A stretch of 20,239 bases of DNA, taken from the IMG/VR virus record IMGVR_UViG_2657244986_000010, positions 1 through 20,239 of that record. One strand, given 5' to 3'. Under the pieces are notes generated by a model. That model was not told the origin of the DNA. It did no database searches and worked only from the letters and a program-made list of their open reading frames with translations. This stretch comes from a virus. Its lineage: Duplodnaviria; Heunggongvirae; Uroviricota; Caudoviricetes. Both the position numbers and the translations under genes were made by a program. Within the stretch, counting starts at the first letter, position 1; the number at the start of each line of letters is the position of its first letter. Below are positions 9,522-17,886 of the stretch, in pieces.

Positions 9522-10369
9522 TGGCGGATTCGAATCTCAATGTGCCGGTAATCATCCAAGCTACGCGGCTCGATACATCAGTTCTTCCACGCAATATCTT
9601 CTCGCAGTCGTATCTGCTTTACGTTATCGCACAGGGCACTGATGTTGGTAACGTGGCTAACAAGGCCAACGAGGCCGGACAGGGCGCTTATGACGCACAA
9701 GTCAGGAACGATGAGCAGGATGTGATTCTCGCTGACCATGAGCAGCGAATTTCTGCTGCGGAAGCAACGCTTGTTAATCATGAGGAGCGAATCAGCCAGG
9801 CAGAATCAACTCTTCAGGACCATGAAACGCGAATCGCTCAGAATGAAAGCGATATTGCGTCGCTTGATACCAGAGTTCAGTCGCTGGAGTCGCAGGTTTC
9901 AGACCATGAAACGCGCATTGATGCTCTGGAGTATGCAACCACACGCAAGAAGTCAGAGGTTGTTTACTCTGGCGTATCAGTAACCATCCCGACAGCGCCG
10001 ACCAACCTTGTTAGCCTGCTGAAAACGCTCACGCCGTCATCCGGGACGTTGGCACCATTCTTCGACACTGTTAACAACAAGATGGTTGTGTTCAACGAGA
10101 ACAAAACCTTGTTCTTCAAGCTGTCGATTGTCGGGACGTGGCCCAGCGGAACCGCCAACAGGTCAATGCAGCTAACATTTTCCGGTTCTGTTCCTGACAC
10201 ACTGGTAAGCGGTCGCAACTCGGCGACAACAACCGACAACATCCTGTTAGCTACGTTCTTCAGCGTGGATAAAGACGGCTTTCTTGCCACAAATGGCAGT
10301 ACGTTAACCATTCAGTCAAATGGGGCGGCGTTTACTGCCACAACCATCAAAATCATTGCGGAGCAGTGA
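9521..10369 (+). CDS. Tail needle protein (gp26-like) with extended C-terminal domain
   Basis: 282 aa. Central repeated coiled-coil blocks ([13 protein letters not shown] / [13 protein letters not shown] / [13 protein letters not shown] / [11 protein letters not shown]). The C-terminal ~140 residues are beta-rich, consistent with an Sf6/HK620-type knob rather than the shorter P22 needle. Confidence 0.8.
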   Translation: MADSNLNVPVIIQATRLDTSVLPRNIFSQSYLLYVIAQGTDVGNVANKANEAGQGAYDAQVRNDEQDVILADHEQRISAAEATLVNHEERISQAESTLQDHETRIAQNESDIASLDTRVQSLESQVSDHETRIDALEYATTRKKSEVVYSGVSVTIPTAPTNLVSLLKTLTPSSGTLAPFFDTVNNKMVVFNENKTLFFKLSIVGTWPSGTANRSMQLTFSGSVPDTLVSGRNSATTTDNILLATFFSVDKDGFLATNGSTLTIQSNGAAFTATTIKIIAEQ

Positions 10370-10824
10370 TGATTCAGTTCAAACCAACGCGAAACATCGA
10401 CCTGATCGAAGCAGTAGGAAATCACCCTGACATTATCGCCGGGAGCAACAACGGTGATGGATACGACTACAAACCTGATTGCCGTTACTTTGAGGTGAAC
10501 GTGCACGGGCAGTTCGGCGGCATTGTTTACTATCAGGAGATTCAGCCGCTGACATTCGATTGCCACGCCATGTACCTGCCAGAGATTCGCGGCTTCAGCA
10601 AGGAAATCGGGCTGGCGTTCTGGCGATACATTCTGACTAACACCACCGTTCAGTGCGTCACATCGTTCGCCGCACGCAAATTCCGCCACGGGCAGATTTA
10701 CTGCGCAATGATTGGCCTTAAGCGTGTCGGAACCATCAAGAAATACTTTAAAGGCGTGGATGACGTGACGTTTTACAGCGCCACACGCGAAGAACTAATC
10801 GACTTCCTGAATCACGGGAGATAG
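10366..10824 (+). CDS. Ejection / DNA-transfer protein (P22 gp14-like)
   Basis: 152 aa in the syntenic position after the tail needle. GTG at 10366 overlaps the needle stop; an ATG follows at 10369. Confidence 0.6.
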   Translation: MMIQFKPTRNIDLIEAVGNHPDIIAGSNNGDGYDYKPDCRYFEVNVHGQFGGIVYYQEIQPLTFDCHAMYLPEIRGFSKEIGLAFWRYILTNTTVQCVTSFAARKFRHGQIYCAMIGLKRVGTIKKYFKGVDDVTFYSATREELIDFLNHGR

Positions 10825-10826
10825 CC

Positions 10827-11519
10827 ATGTTATATGCATTTAAGCTGGGCAGAAAACTGCGCGGCGAGGAACCTTATTGCCCTGAAAAGGGTGGGAAAGG
10901 TGGCAGTTCTGATAAAAGCGCAAAGTATGCCGCAGAAGCTCAGAAGTATGCAGCAGACCTGCAAAATCAGCAGTGGCAGACGATCATGAAAAACCTTGCT
11001 CCGTTCACGCCTCTTGCGGAGCAGTATGTTAACCAGTTGCAGAATCTTTCCAGTTTAGAAGGTCAGGGGCAGGCACTTAATCAGTATTACAACTCTCAGC
11101 AGTATAAAGACCTTGCAGGTCAGGCGCGTTACCAGAGTCTTGCTGCTGCGGAGGCGACGGGTGGACTTGGTTCGACAGCCACAAGCAATCAACTGGCTAC
11201 GATCGCGCCGACACTCGGTCAGTCTTGGTTATCAAACCAGATGAGCAATTACAACAATCTGGCAAACGTTGGGCTTGGTGCGCTGCAAGGTCAGGCAAAC
11301 GCCGGGCAGACGTACGCCAACAACATGAGCAGCATTGCACAGCAAAGCGCAGCACTTGCCGCTGCTAATGCCAATAAACCATCAAGTCTTCAGACTGCAA
11401 TTAGCGGTGGCACGTCTGGTGCGATTGCCGGTGCAGGTCTTGCCAGCCTTTTGGGAACATCAACGCCTTGGGGCGCTGGCATTGGTGCTGGTATCGGATT
11501 GCTTGGCTCGTTGTTTTAA
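10827..11519 (+). CDS. Ejection protein (P22 gp7-like)
   Basis: 230 aa. N-terminus MLYAFKLGRKLRGEEP...EKGGKGGSS closely resembles P22 gp7 as I recall it. Gly/Ala-rich hydrophobic C-terminus. Confidence 0.75.
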   Translation: MLYAFKLGRKLRGEEPYCPEKGGKGGSSDKSAKYAAEAQKYAADLQNQQWQTIMKNLAPFTPLAEQYVNQLQNLSSLEGQGQALNQYYNSQQYKDLAGQARYQSLAAAEATGGLGSTATSNQLATIAPTLGQSWLSNQMSNYNNLANVGLGALQGQANAGQTYANNMSSIAQQSAALAAANANKPSSLQTAISGGTSGAIAGAGLASLLGTSTPWGAGIGAGIGLLGSLF

Positions 11520-11528
11520 GGGGTAATC

Positions 11529-12860
11529 ATGGCTACTTGGCAAGGAACAAACGGCGGATTGTTGGCTGGTATCGGCGGCGTCAACTCAAACGCTCCGAGC
11601 GTAAATGACATCGGCAATACGCTTCAGCTTATCAGGCAGAACAATGATATTGAGCGTTCAGGCGCTAACAATGTTGGGCTGACTGCTTTGCAAGGCCTTT
11701 CAGGTATTGCGGGGGTGTTTCAGCAGGAAAAGCAGGCTCAGCGGCAGAAAGAATTTCAGCAGGCATACGCTAATGCTTATGCGTCTGGTGATCGCGGTGC
11801 TTTGCGTCAGTTGGCTACTCAATATCCAGACCAGATTGAATCCGTTCGTAAAGGCATGGGATTCATTGATGAAGAGCAGCGTAATTCTATCGGCACCTTA
11901 GCGGCTGGCGCACGCCTTGCGTCATCGTCTCCAGAAGCAATGCAATCATGGCTGCAAAACAACGCCGGTGAGTTAGCTCGTGTTGGCGTTAATCCTCATG
12001 ACGTCGCTCAGATGTACCAACAGAACCCGCGGCAGTTCGGCGAATTTGTCGATCACCTGGGGATGAACAGTCTCGGGCCCGAAAAATACTTTGACCTACA
12101 GGATAAAATGCAGGGTCGCCAGGTTACCATGCGCGGTCAGGATCTGGATTCGCAAACCGCCGCTCGGAATCAGGCAATCACAATGCGCGGACAAGATATC
12201 CAGGCGGATTTAGGTCAGCAGCGCATTAATCTGGACGCAGAAACAAACCGCATTAACAACGAAAATAAGCGCCTTGACCGGATGCTATCAGCAGAAACTA
12301 ACGACCTGAAGCGCCAGGAAATACAGAGCCGCATAGCAGCCAACAACCAGCAGTTGCAGCAGAAGCAGCAAGCGCTAAATGATGGCTACAAAGACGGCAT
12401 CAACACCCTCACAACCAGCATGTTCACTCTGAACGATATCGTTAGTTCTCCTTCACTTAAGAGCATTACAGGCTTACGTGGAGTAATCCCCAACGTTCCA
12501 GGCTCACAGGCTGCAGACACTCAGGCACGACTTGATACCTTTAAATCACAAGCATACCTGACAGCGGTTCAGGCCATGCGAGGCATGGGCGCACTTTCTG
12601 ATGCCGAGGGCAAAAAGCTCGACCAGGCTGTTGGTTCGCTGCAGAACTCGCAGAGCGAGGAGTCCTTTCGTCGCAACGCTGGCGTCATCCTGAACACGCT
12701 CAACCAGAAGCGTAATGAGGCGGTTGGTAAGTACGTTCAGCAAAACGGTATCAAGCGAGTGGAAGCGCCTCAGGCTTCTATAGATTACCTGAAGCAGCAC
12801 CCCGAACTGTCAATCGACTTCATTAATCGCTACGGATATCTTCCATCTTTGGGGCAGTAA
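11529..12860 (+). CDS. Ejection protein (P22 gp20-like)
   Basis: 443 aa with N-terminus MATWQG..., in the syntenic position. Gln-rich with a coiled-coil-like middle region. Confidence 0.75.
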   Translation: MATWQGTNGGLLAGIGGVNSNAPSVNDIGNTLQLIRQNNDIERSGANNVGLTALQGLSGIAGVFQQEKQAQRQKEFQQAYANAYASGDRGALRQLATQYPDQIESVRKGMGFIDEEQRNSIGTLAAGARLASSSPEAMQSWLQNNAGELARVGVNPHDVAQMYQQNPRQFGEFVDHLGMNSLGPEKYFDLQDKMQGRQVTMRGQDLDSQTAARNQAITMRGQDIQADLGQQRINLDAETNRINNENKRLDRMLSAETNDLKRQEIQSRIAANNQQLQQKQQALNDGYKDGINTLTTSMFTLNDIVSSPSLKSITGLRGVIPNVPGSQAADTQARLDTFKSQAYLTAVQAMRGMGALSDAEGKKLDQAVGSLQNSQSEESFRRNAGVILNTLNQKRNEAVGKYVQQNGIKRVEAPQASIDYLKQHPELSIDFINRYGYLPSLGQ

Positions 12861-15254
12861 ATGGCTAATTACCGTGATTTGTTAGAGCAGGCTGGCGCAC
12901 GTTACGGTGTGCCAGAAGGGTTGATGACTGCACTGGGTGCCAAGGAGTCTTCTTACAACCCTGCCGCAGTAAGCTCCGCCGGGGCTGTAGGATTGACTCA
13001 GGTCATGCCTGGGACATGGCGTGATATGGGTTATACCGATGAGCAAATGCAAAACCCCGAATATCAGGCTGACGCTGGCGCGCGCTATCTGGCAAAGATG
13101 TACCAGCAGTTTGGTAACTGGCGTGACGCTCTTCAGGCTTATCACGACGGTCCCGGCAACGTTATGAAGGCAAAGCGTGGTGAATATACGCCAGGACCTG
13201 AAGGCCGCGGTTACGTTGATGATCGCTTTGCTCAATGGGCGGGTGACCCGGTGACAGACTCAACAGTCGAACAGCGCGCCACCTCTGCAAAGGTACATCC
13301 TCAGCAAGACCCTAACAACCCGTTTGCACAACTGGAAGCACAGTCATCCGAACAAGTATCGGCATCAGGCGTGCAGTCAGACCCAAATAATCCATTTGCT
13401 CAGATTGAGCAGCAGGCAGCCAGTCAGCAGCCACCTCAACCCGTAAGTTCTGTCGCACCGAAACCTGTTCAGCAGCAAGGCGGAATAATGTCTGACCTTG
13501 GTAATGGACTTGCTGAAACCGGGCGCGGCTTACTACAGGCAGGAATCAACGTAGCGAACATACCTGCTGAACTCACTGATGCTGTAACAAGCGCGGCGGC
13601 TTGGGCTGGAGGTAAACTCGGCATTGGCGATGGTACATATCAACCAGCACCACGAGTAACAACGCAGGGATTAGAGCAGGACTTTGGCCTTCAGCAAGGC
13701 GCGCTGACTCCACAAACGACAGAGGGAAGGGTATTTGCTGAAGCATTGCCTTACCTCACTCCTGCTGGCGTTGAGAGAGCGGCAACACAGGCACCAACAC
13801 TTGCTGGTCGAATTGCTCAGGGTGCAACTCGTCTTCTAGCAGAAAACGCAGTTGGATCACTTGCTGCAAACAGTGCGAAAGATGATGCGGAAGCACTCGC
13901 CACCGATTTAGGCGTTGGTGTGCTGGCTGGCGGTGCTATTAACGCTGCCGGACGTGGATTAGGTGCTGCTTATCGTGGTGTTCGTGGTTCGATAGCACCA
14001 GAAGCTCAACAGGCTATCAGGTTTGCAGAGCGTGAAGGAGTTCCTCTGCACACCACAGACCTGTTACAGCCTACTTCCCGCGTCGGGAAAATGGCGCAGA
14101 CTACAGCAGAAAATATCCCCCTGGCTGGCACAAGCGGAATGAGAGCAACGCAACAGGAAGCGAGAAGCCAGTTGGTGCAGAGATTTGCCGATAAATTCGG
14201 TGAGTATGATCCAGCGGTTGTTATTGACAGCCTTAAAGCGAAAACATCAGGAATTCGTCGTGCCGCCGGTAATCGACTGGAGCAGGTTCAGAATGCTATG
14301 GCTGGAGTAAACATTCAGCCTGCGCGAGCAATTCAGCAGATTGATACAGAAATATCTAATCTGCAGAAGCTTGGTAAGGTCGCCGATAACGAGACTATTT
14401 CAAAACTTCAGTCCTATCGTGATGAGCTTGTTCGCAATGCTGGTCCTGATGGTCCGGTAAATCTGGATTTGAAGCAATTAAGCGATCTGCGCAGCCAGTT
14501 CAGAATGGACGTGAAGGGGGAACGACCAGTGTTGCCAAACCGTTCCGATGCTGCCATTCAGCGCGTTTACAAGGCGATGACAGACGATATCAATGGTGCC
14601 ATTGGTCAGAATCTTGGCAACGATACTCTCCGTAAATATCAGCAGGCCAATGCCGTCTACGCTGACGAAGCGGCGAAACTAAAGAATACCAGGCTGAAGA
14701 ATGTTCTCATGAAAGGCGACCTGACGCCGGAAGTTGTCAACAACATGCTATTCAGCAAGAACAAATCGGAAATTAAGACGCTGTATAACTCAGTTGGTCG
14801 TGTTGGCAGGGCGCAAATGCGCAATGGCATCATTGGAAAGGCGATGGAGAAATCAGGTGGTTCCCCTGACCAGTTCCTTCGGCAGCTTAACATCCTGCAA
14901 AACCAGACTGGCATCACATTTAAGGGGCAGGACGCTGCTTATCTGAAAGGATTAAAAAACTATCTGCAATCCACGCAGCAGGCTGCAAAAGCGGCAGTAA
15001 CAACACCCACAGGGCAGCAAACTATCCCGTTCATTATTGGGTATGGGACGGCAATGAACCCGGCGACAACTGGCGCAGCAGTAAGCTACGGACTTCTTAC
15101 TCGCGCCTATGAGAGCGAGCCATTCAGAAATGCAATGCTCCGAATGGCAAACACCCCACGCGGATCAACAGCGTTTGAGAAAGCCATGCAGCAGGCACAA
15201 AAGGCAATTAACGCTCTGACGCAGGGGGCTAAGTCTGATGCGTTGTCAGAATAG
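12861..15254 (+). CDS. Ejection protein (gp16-like) with N-terminal lytic transglycosylase (SLT) domain
   Basis: 797 aa. Residues ~20-100 carry the three family-1 lytic transglycosylase motifs: catalytic E-S (GAKESSYNP, Glu codon at 12945-12947), GLTQVMP, and AYHDGPGNV. Last gene of the ejection-protein cluster. Confidence 0.8.
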   Translation: MANYRDLLEQAGARYGVPEGLMTALGAKESSYNPAAVSSAGAVGLTQVMPGTWRDMGYTDEQMQNPEYQADAGARYLAKMYQQFGNWRDALQAYHDGPGNVMKAKRGEYTPGPEGRGYVDDRFAQWAGDPVTDSTVEQRATSAKVHPQQDPNNPFAQLEAQSSEQVSASGVQSDPNNPFAQIEQQAASQQPPQPVSSVAPKPVQQQGGIMSDLGNGLAETGRGLLQAGINVANIPAELTDAVTSAAAWAGGKLGIGDGTYQPAPRVTTQGLEQDFGLQQGALTPQTTEGRVFAEALPYLTPAGVERAATQAPTLAGRIAQGATRLLAENAVGSLAANSAKDDAEALATDLGVGVLAGGAINAAGRGLGAAYRGVRGSIAPEAQQAIRFAEREGVPLHTTDLLQPTSRVGKMAQTTAENIPLAGTSGMRATQQEARSQLVQRFADKFGEYDPAVVIDSLKAKTSGIRRAAGNRLEQVQNAMAGVNIQPARAIQQIDTEISNLQKLGKVADNETISKLQSYRDELVRNAGPDGPVNLDLKQLSDLRSQFRMDVKGERPVLPNRSDAAIQRVYKAMTDDINGAIGQNLGNDTLRKYQQANAVYADEAAKLKNTRLKNVLMKGDLTPEVVNNMLFSKNKSEIKTLYNSVGRVGRAQMRNGIIGKAMEKSGGSPDQFLRQLNILQNQTGITFKGQDAAYLKGLKNYLQSTQQAAKAAVTTPTGQQTIPFIIGYGTAMNPATTGAAVSYGLLTRAYESEPFRNAMLRMANTPRGSTAFEKAMQQAQKAINALTQGAKSDALSE
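13308..13409 (+). repeat. Two diverged tandem copies of a ~24-residue DPNNPFAQ-containing motif inside the gp16-like gene
   Basis: QQDPNNPFAQLEAQ... at 13308 and QSDPNNPFAQIEQQ... at 13380, spaced 72 nt (24 codons) apart, in the Gln-rich linker after the SLT domain. Codon usage differs between the copies. Confidence 0.6.
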
Positions 15255-15343
15255 CTTTGCAAACACCAGGAAAGTGCAAAAACCAAATATGTAGAATGTA
15301 ATATTCATCATATCTCTTTGCATAAATCCTCCGTAATGGATGG

Positions 15344-15637
15344 TTAGTTGCTGTCTTTTTTATATAGCTCCTTGAGCGTATCAAAGACAATTTTCTTAAC
15401 CATATCAGATTGTTGTTCTGCCATACGCTCTGCATCGTCAATGTAAACTGATGCAGAGCTTTGTTTATCCAATGATTCTTCAATCGCTGCAATTATCTCT
15501 GAGTTCAGCGACCTGTTATTCATCTTCGCACGCTGCTTAATTTTCGCGTGGAGTTCATGCGGAAGTCTCAAGTGAAACTGCGCCTCGTCGTATTTGCTGT
15601 ACATCCTTGATGCCTCACCAGTTGGGTGGAATGGCAT
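15344..15637 (-). CDS. mnt: Mnt-like ribbon-helix-helix repressor (Arc/MetJ family)
   Basis: RHH segment FHLRLPHELHAKIKQRAKMNNRSLNSEIIAAIEESL and C-terminal DAERMAEQQSDMVKKIVFDTLKELYKK closely resemble P22 Mnt as I recall it. The true start may be the internal ATG at 15604 (GAGG 8 nt upstream), giving 86 aa. Confidence 0.8.
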   Translation of the reverse strand: MPFHPTGEASRMYSKYDEAQFHLRLPHELHAKIKQRAKMNNRSLNSEIIAAIEESLDKQSSASVYIDDAERMAEQQSDMVKKIVFDTLKELYKKDSN

Positions 15638-15725
15638 CGTAACCTACTGGATAAATACTCAATAGTACCATTTCGGTATGCAATCACATCATGGTTGCAT
15701 CATATCATTCGTCTGGAGCAATGAA

Positions 15726-17810
15726 ATGTCAGATATCACCGCAAATGTTGTGGTAAGCATGCCTTCGCAACTCTTCACTATGGCTCGTTCTTTTAAAGCG
15801 GTTGCCAATGGCAAAATTTATATCGGTAAAATTGACACTGACCCGGTAAATCCTGAAAACCAGATTCAGGTTTATGTGGAGAACGAAGACGGCTCTCACG
15901 TTCCTGTTGCACAGCCAATCATCATTAACGCTGCTGGTTACCCGGTATATAACGGACAGATTTCCAAGTTTGTAACCGTGCAAGGCCACTCTATGTCTGT
16001 TTATGATGCGTATGGTGCACAGCAGTTCTATTTTCCGAATGTGCTGAAGTATGACCCTGACCAATTAAGGCAAGAATTAGCTTCTGACAGAGGAGCAACA
16101 TTATCATTAAGTCAGATAGCTACTTCTTACGGTCTTGATTTCTCGTTAGGCGGTGTATGGCGGGAGGGGGTGTTATCTAATGTTGATAACTGGTGGTGGT
16201 ATAATAATAAAATCTACACCGGTGGTAGCGGAAATCTGCCATCTATCCCATCAGCACCGTGGTATCCAATTCGCCCGGGATACAAATTAAACTTAACAGA
16301 CTTTATTACCTCCAAGGGTGTGAGCGATATTCTTGACGTAGTGGACTGGCAATGGGCTTTCGATAGCGCGAAGCTCAATGCTTCTCACACATCAATGCTT
16401 GACATGGACGCACGCGAATACACTATGAATTCCACTGGTTACATAGCGCCACAGGGTGTTGGTCTTCGCGGTCCGAAAGATGCAATGATGAACCCGTCTT
16501 TAGATGGTATAGCTGTTATATATGTCAATAAAGAGCCATCATCAAACGATGTGTTTGTGACAATGCAAGGTGGAAACGCATTTGAAAATTTCGGTATATT
16601 CTTTGCTCAGCAAATCTACACCACACTGGCCTCAGCGTTAGATACTGGGACGATGTTCAAACGCGTACCTGCAACTGGAGCTGGTGATGAAATTATGACA
16701 AAAGCATGCATATTAAAGGGGGTTAGCGCGTGTGGGGTTGCAAAACTTTGGAGTGGAAGCCTTGATGACAATGCGACAGGTGAATACGATGAGATAATTC
16801 GCGTTTCTGCCACGCCAAACAAATTTGGGCCTACATTTCGGTATGGTATTAGCACTGATTTTCTGCGCACAAAAACAGTTCATATTAATGCTAATGTTGT
16901 TAGCGCGTATCGAGCTAGATATGGAGTTGATTTTACGGTAAGAGCGCTAACCAGCGACAATACATCAGCCATAGGATTCCTTATTGAGCGCATGGATGGT
17001 GGTCTATTCGAGGATATCCTGACATATGGTGTTCCATTCTCGGTTGTTTTTGGTGCTGTTGGCGGGTCTGGCGGGGTTAACTCAGGTAGTGCAAACTTCG
17101 TATCATGTGGCTTTGACGCAACCTGTTTTCCTATCTACATTAACGCCCCTACAGGAGCATTTGGTATTTCTTTCTCTAACTGCCAGGCTGTCTTCGATGA
17201 GCAGTATGGTGACACGTCCGGAGCTCTGGTTTATTTGGGCGCAGGAGCTTCCTCACATCAGATAATGCTTAGCAATATCAAGGTGCAGAAGTCAGCAAGT
17301 TTCAATTATCGACCAGTAAGGGCTGTTTCTGGAAGTGCGGATAACAGGGTGACAATTTCAACCAGTGCGTTAACAGCCAGTCAAGACGTTCTTGATGAGG
17401 GAACCAGTAATCGCATAAGCATTATTGGATCAACAAGAAACCTCGGCGGCCTTAATATGATGACTAATACTACGGCAGAATCATCGCTGGTGTCATCAAT
17501 GGGGGAGTTGAATACAGTAGTAAGAAAGCAGTTATCAGTACCAATTCAAGCCGGCTCTTCATTTGTCAATTTGACAGTAACGTATCCATATACTGGTTGG
17601 CTTGCAACTCCTAATGTGATAACAGAGCTTGTCGGTGTGGCAATTCCTGGTCAACCAGATTCAACTCTTTACGACGTAAGAACGTTTTCTCGGACAGAAA
17701 ATGGGTGCGTACTTAGATGCACCTTGAGCTCAGCAGCGACTGGTAACGGTAACCTTATAGTTGACATATATGTTGTCGGTACGGTTCGGGGAACGCTCAA
17801 AGCGGTTTAG
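15726..17810 (+). CDS. Tailspike protein (conserved head-binding domain, divergent receptor-binding domain)
   Basis: Residues 1-113 ([11 protein letters not shown]...[21 protein letters not shown]...NVLKYDPDQ) match the conserved P22/Sf6/HK620 tailspike head-binding domain. GGAG Shine-Dalgarno 8 nt upstream of the ATG at 15726. The track's 15678 start adds 16 unsupported residues. Confidence 0.9.
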   Translation: MSDITANVVVSMPSQLFTMARSFKAVANGKIYIGKIDTDPVNPENQIQVYVENEDGSHVPVAQPIIINAAGYPVYNGQISKFVTVQGHSMSVYDAYGAQQFYFPNVLKYDPDQLRQELASDRGATLSLSQIATSYGLDFSLGGVWREGVLSNVDNWWWYNNKIYTGGSGNLPSIPSAPWYPIRPGYKLNLTDFITSKGVSDILDVVDWQWAFDSAKLNASHTSMLDMDAREYTMNSTGYIAPQGVGLRGPKDAMMNPSLDGIAVIYVNKEPSSNDVFVTMQGGNAFENFGIFFAQQIYTTLASALDTGTMFKRVPATGAGDEIMTKACILKGVSACGVAKLWSGSLDDNATGEYDEIIRVSATPNKFGPTFRYGISTDFLRTKTVHINANVVSAYRARYGVDFTVRALTSDNTSAIGFLIERMDGGLFEDILTYGVPFSVVFGAVGGSGGVNSGSANFVSCGFDATCFPIYINAPTGAFGISFSNCQAVFDEQYGDTSGALVYLGAGASSHQIMLSNIKVQKSASFNYRPVRAVSGSADNRVTISTSALTASQDVLDEGTSNRISIIGSTRNLGGLNMMTNTTAESSLVSSMGELNTVVRKQLSVPIQAGSSFVNLTVTYPYTGWLATPNVITELVGVAIPGQPDSTLYDVRTFSRTENGCVLRCTLSSAATGNGNLIVDIYVVGTVRGTLKAV

Positions 17811-17830
17811 TATTGTTTATAAGCCAACTC

Positions 17831-17870
17831 GCAACTATCATGCGCATAAGAACAATGGCTTGATAGTTGC
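17831..17870. repeat. 10-bp perfect inverted repeat (GCAACTATCA ... TGATAGTTGC) with 20-bp spacer, between tailspike and acyltransferase
   Basis: Read directly from the sequence at 17831-17840 and 17861-17870. Overlaps a candidate -10 hexamer TATCAT (17836-17841) with TTGTTT 17 bp upstream. Confidence 0.5.
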
Positions 17871-17886
17871 TTGATTAGGGGGAATA

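Noticed and set aside
11335-11526. 63-aa plus-strand ORF in another frame within the gp7-like gene, and 11707..11901 within the gp20-like gene
   Set aside because: Embedded in alternative frames of well-supported genes; no start context.
15255-15343. Bidirectional terminator in the convergent gap between the gp16-like gene and mnt
   Set aside because: Only short, weak complementary segments (TTTGCA ... TGCAAA with a 12-nt loop) and no U-tract; not convincing.
15678-15725. Upstream ATG at 15678 as the tailspike start (adds [16 protein letters not shown])
   Set aside because: The conserved tailspike N-terminus begins at MSDITANVV (ATG 15726), which has a GGAG Shine-Dalgarno 8 nt upstream. The extension has no ribosome binding site and would run through the likely mnt/tailspike regulatory region.
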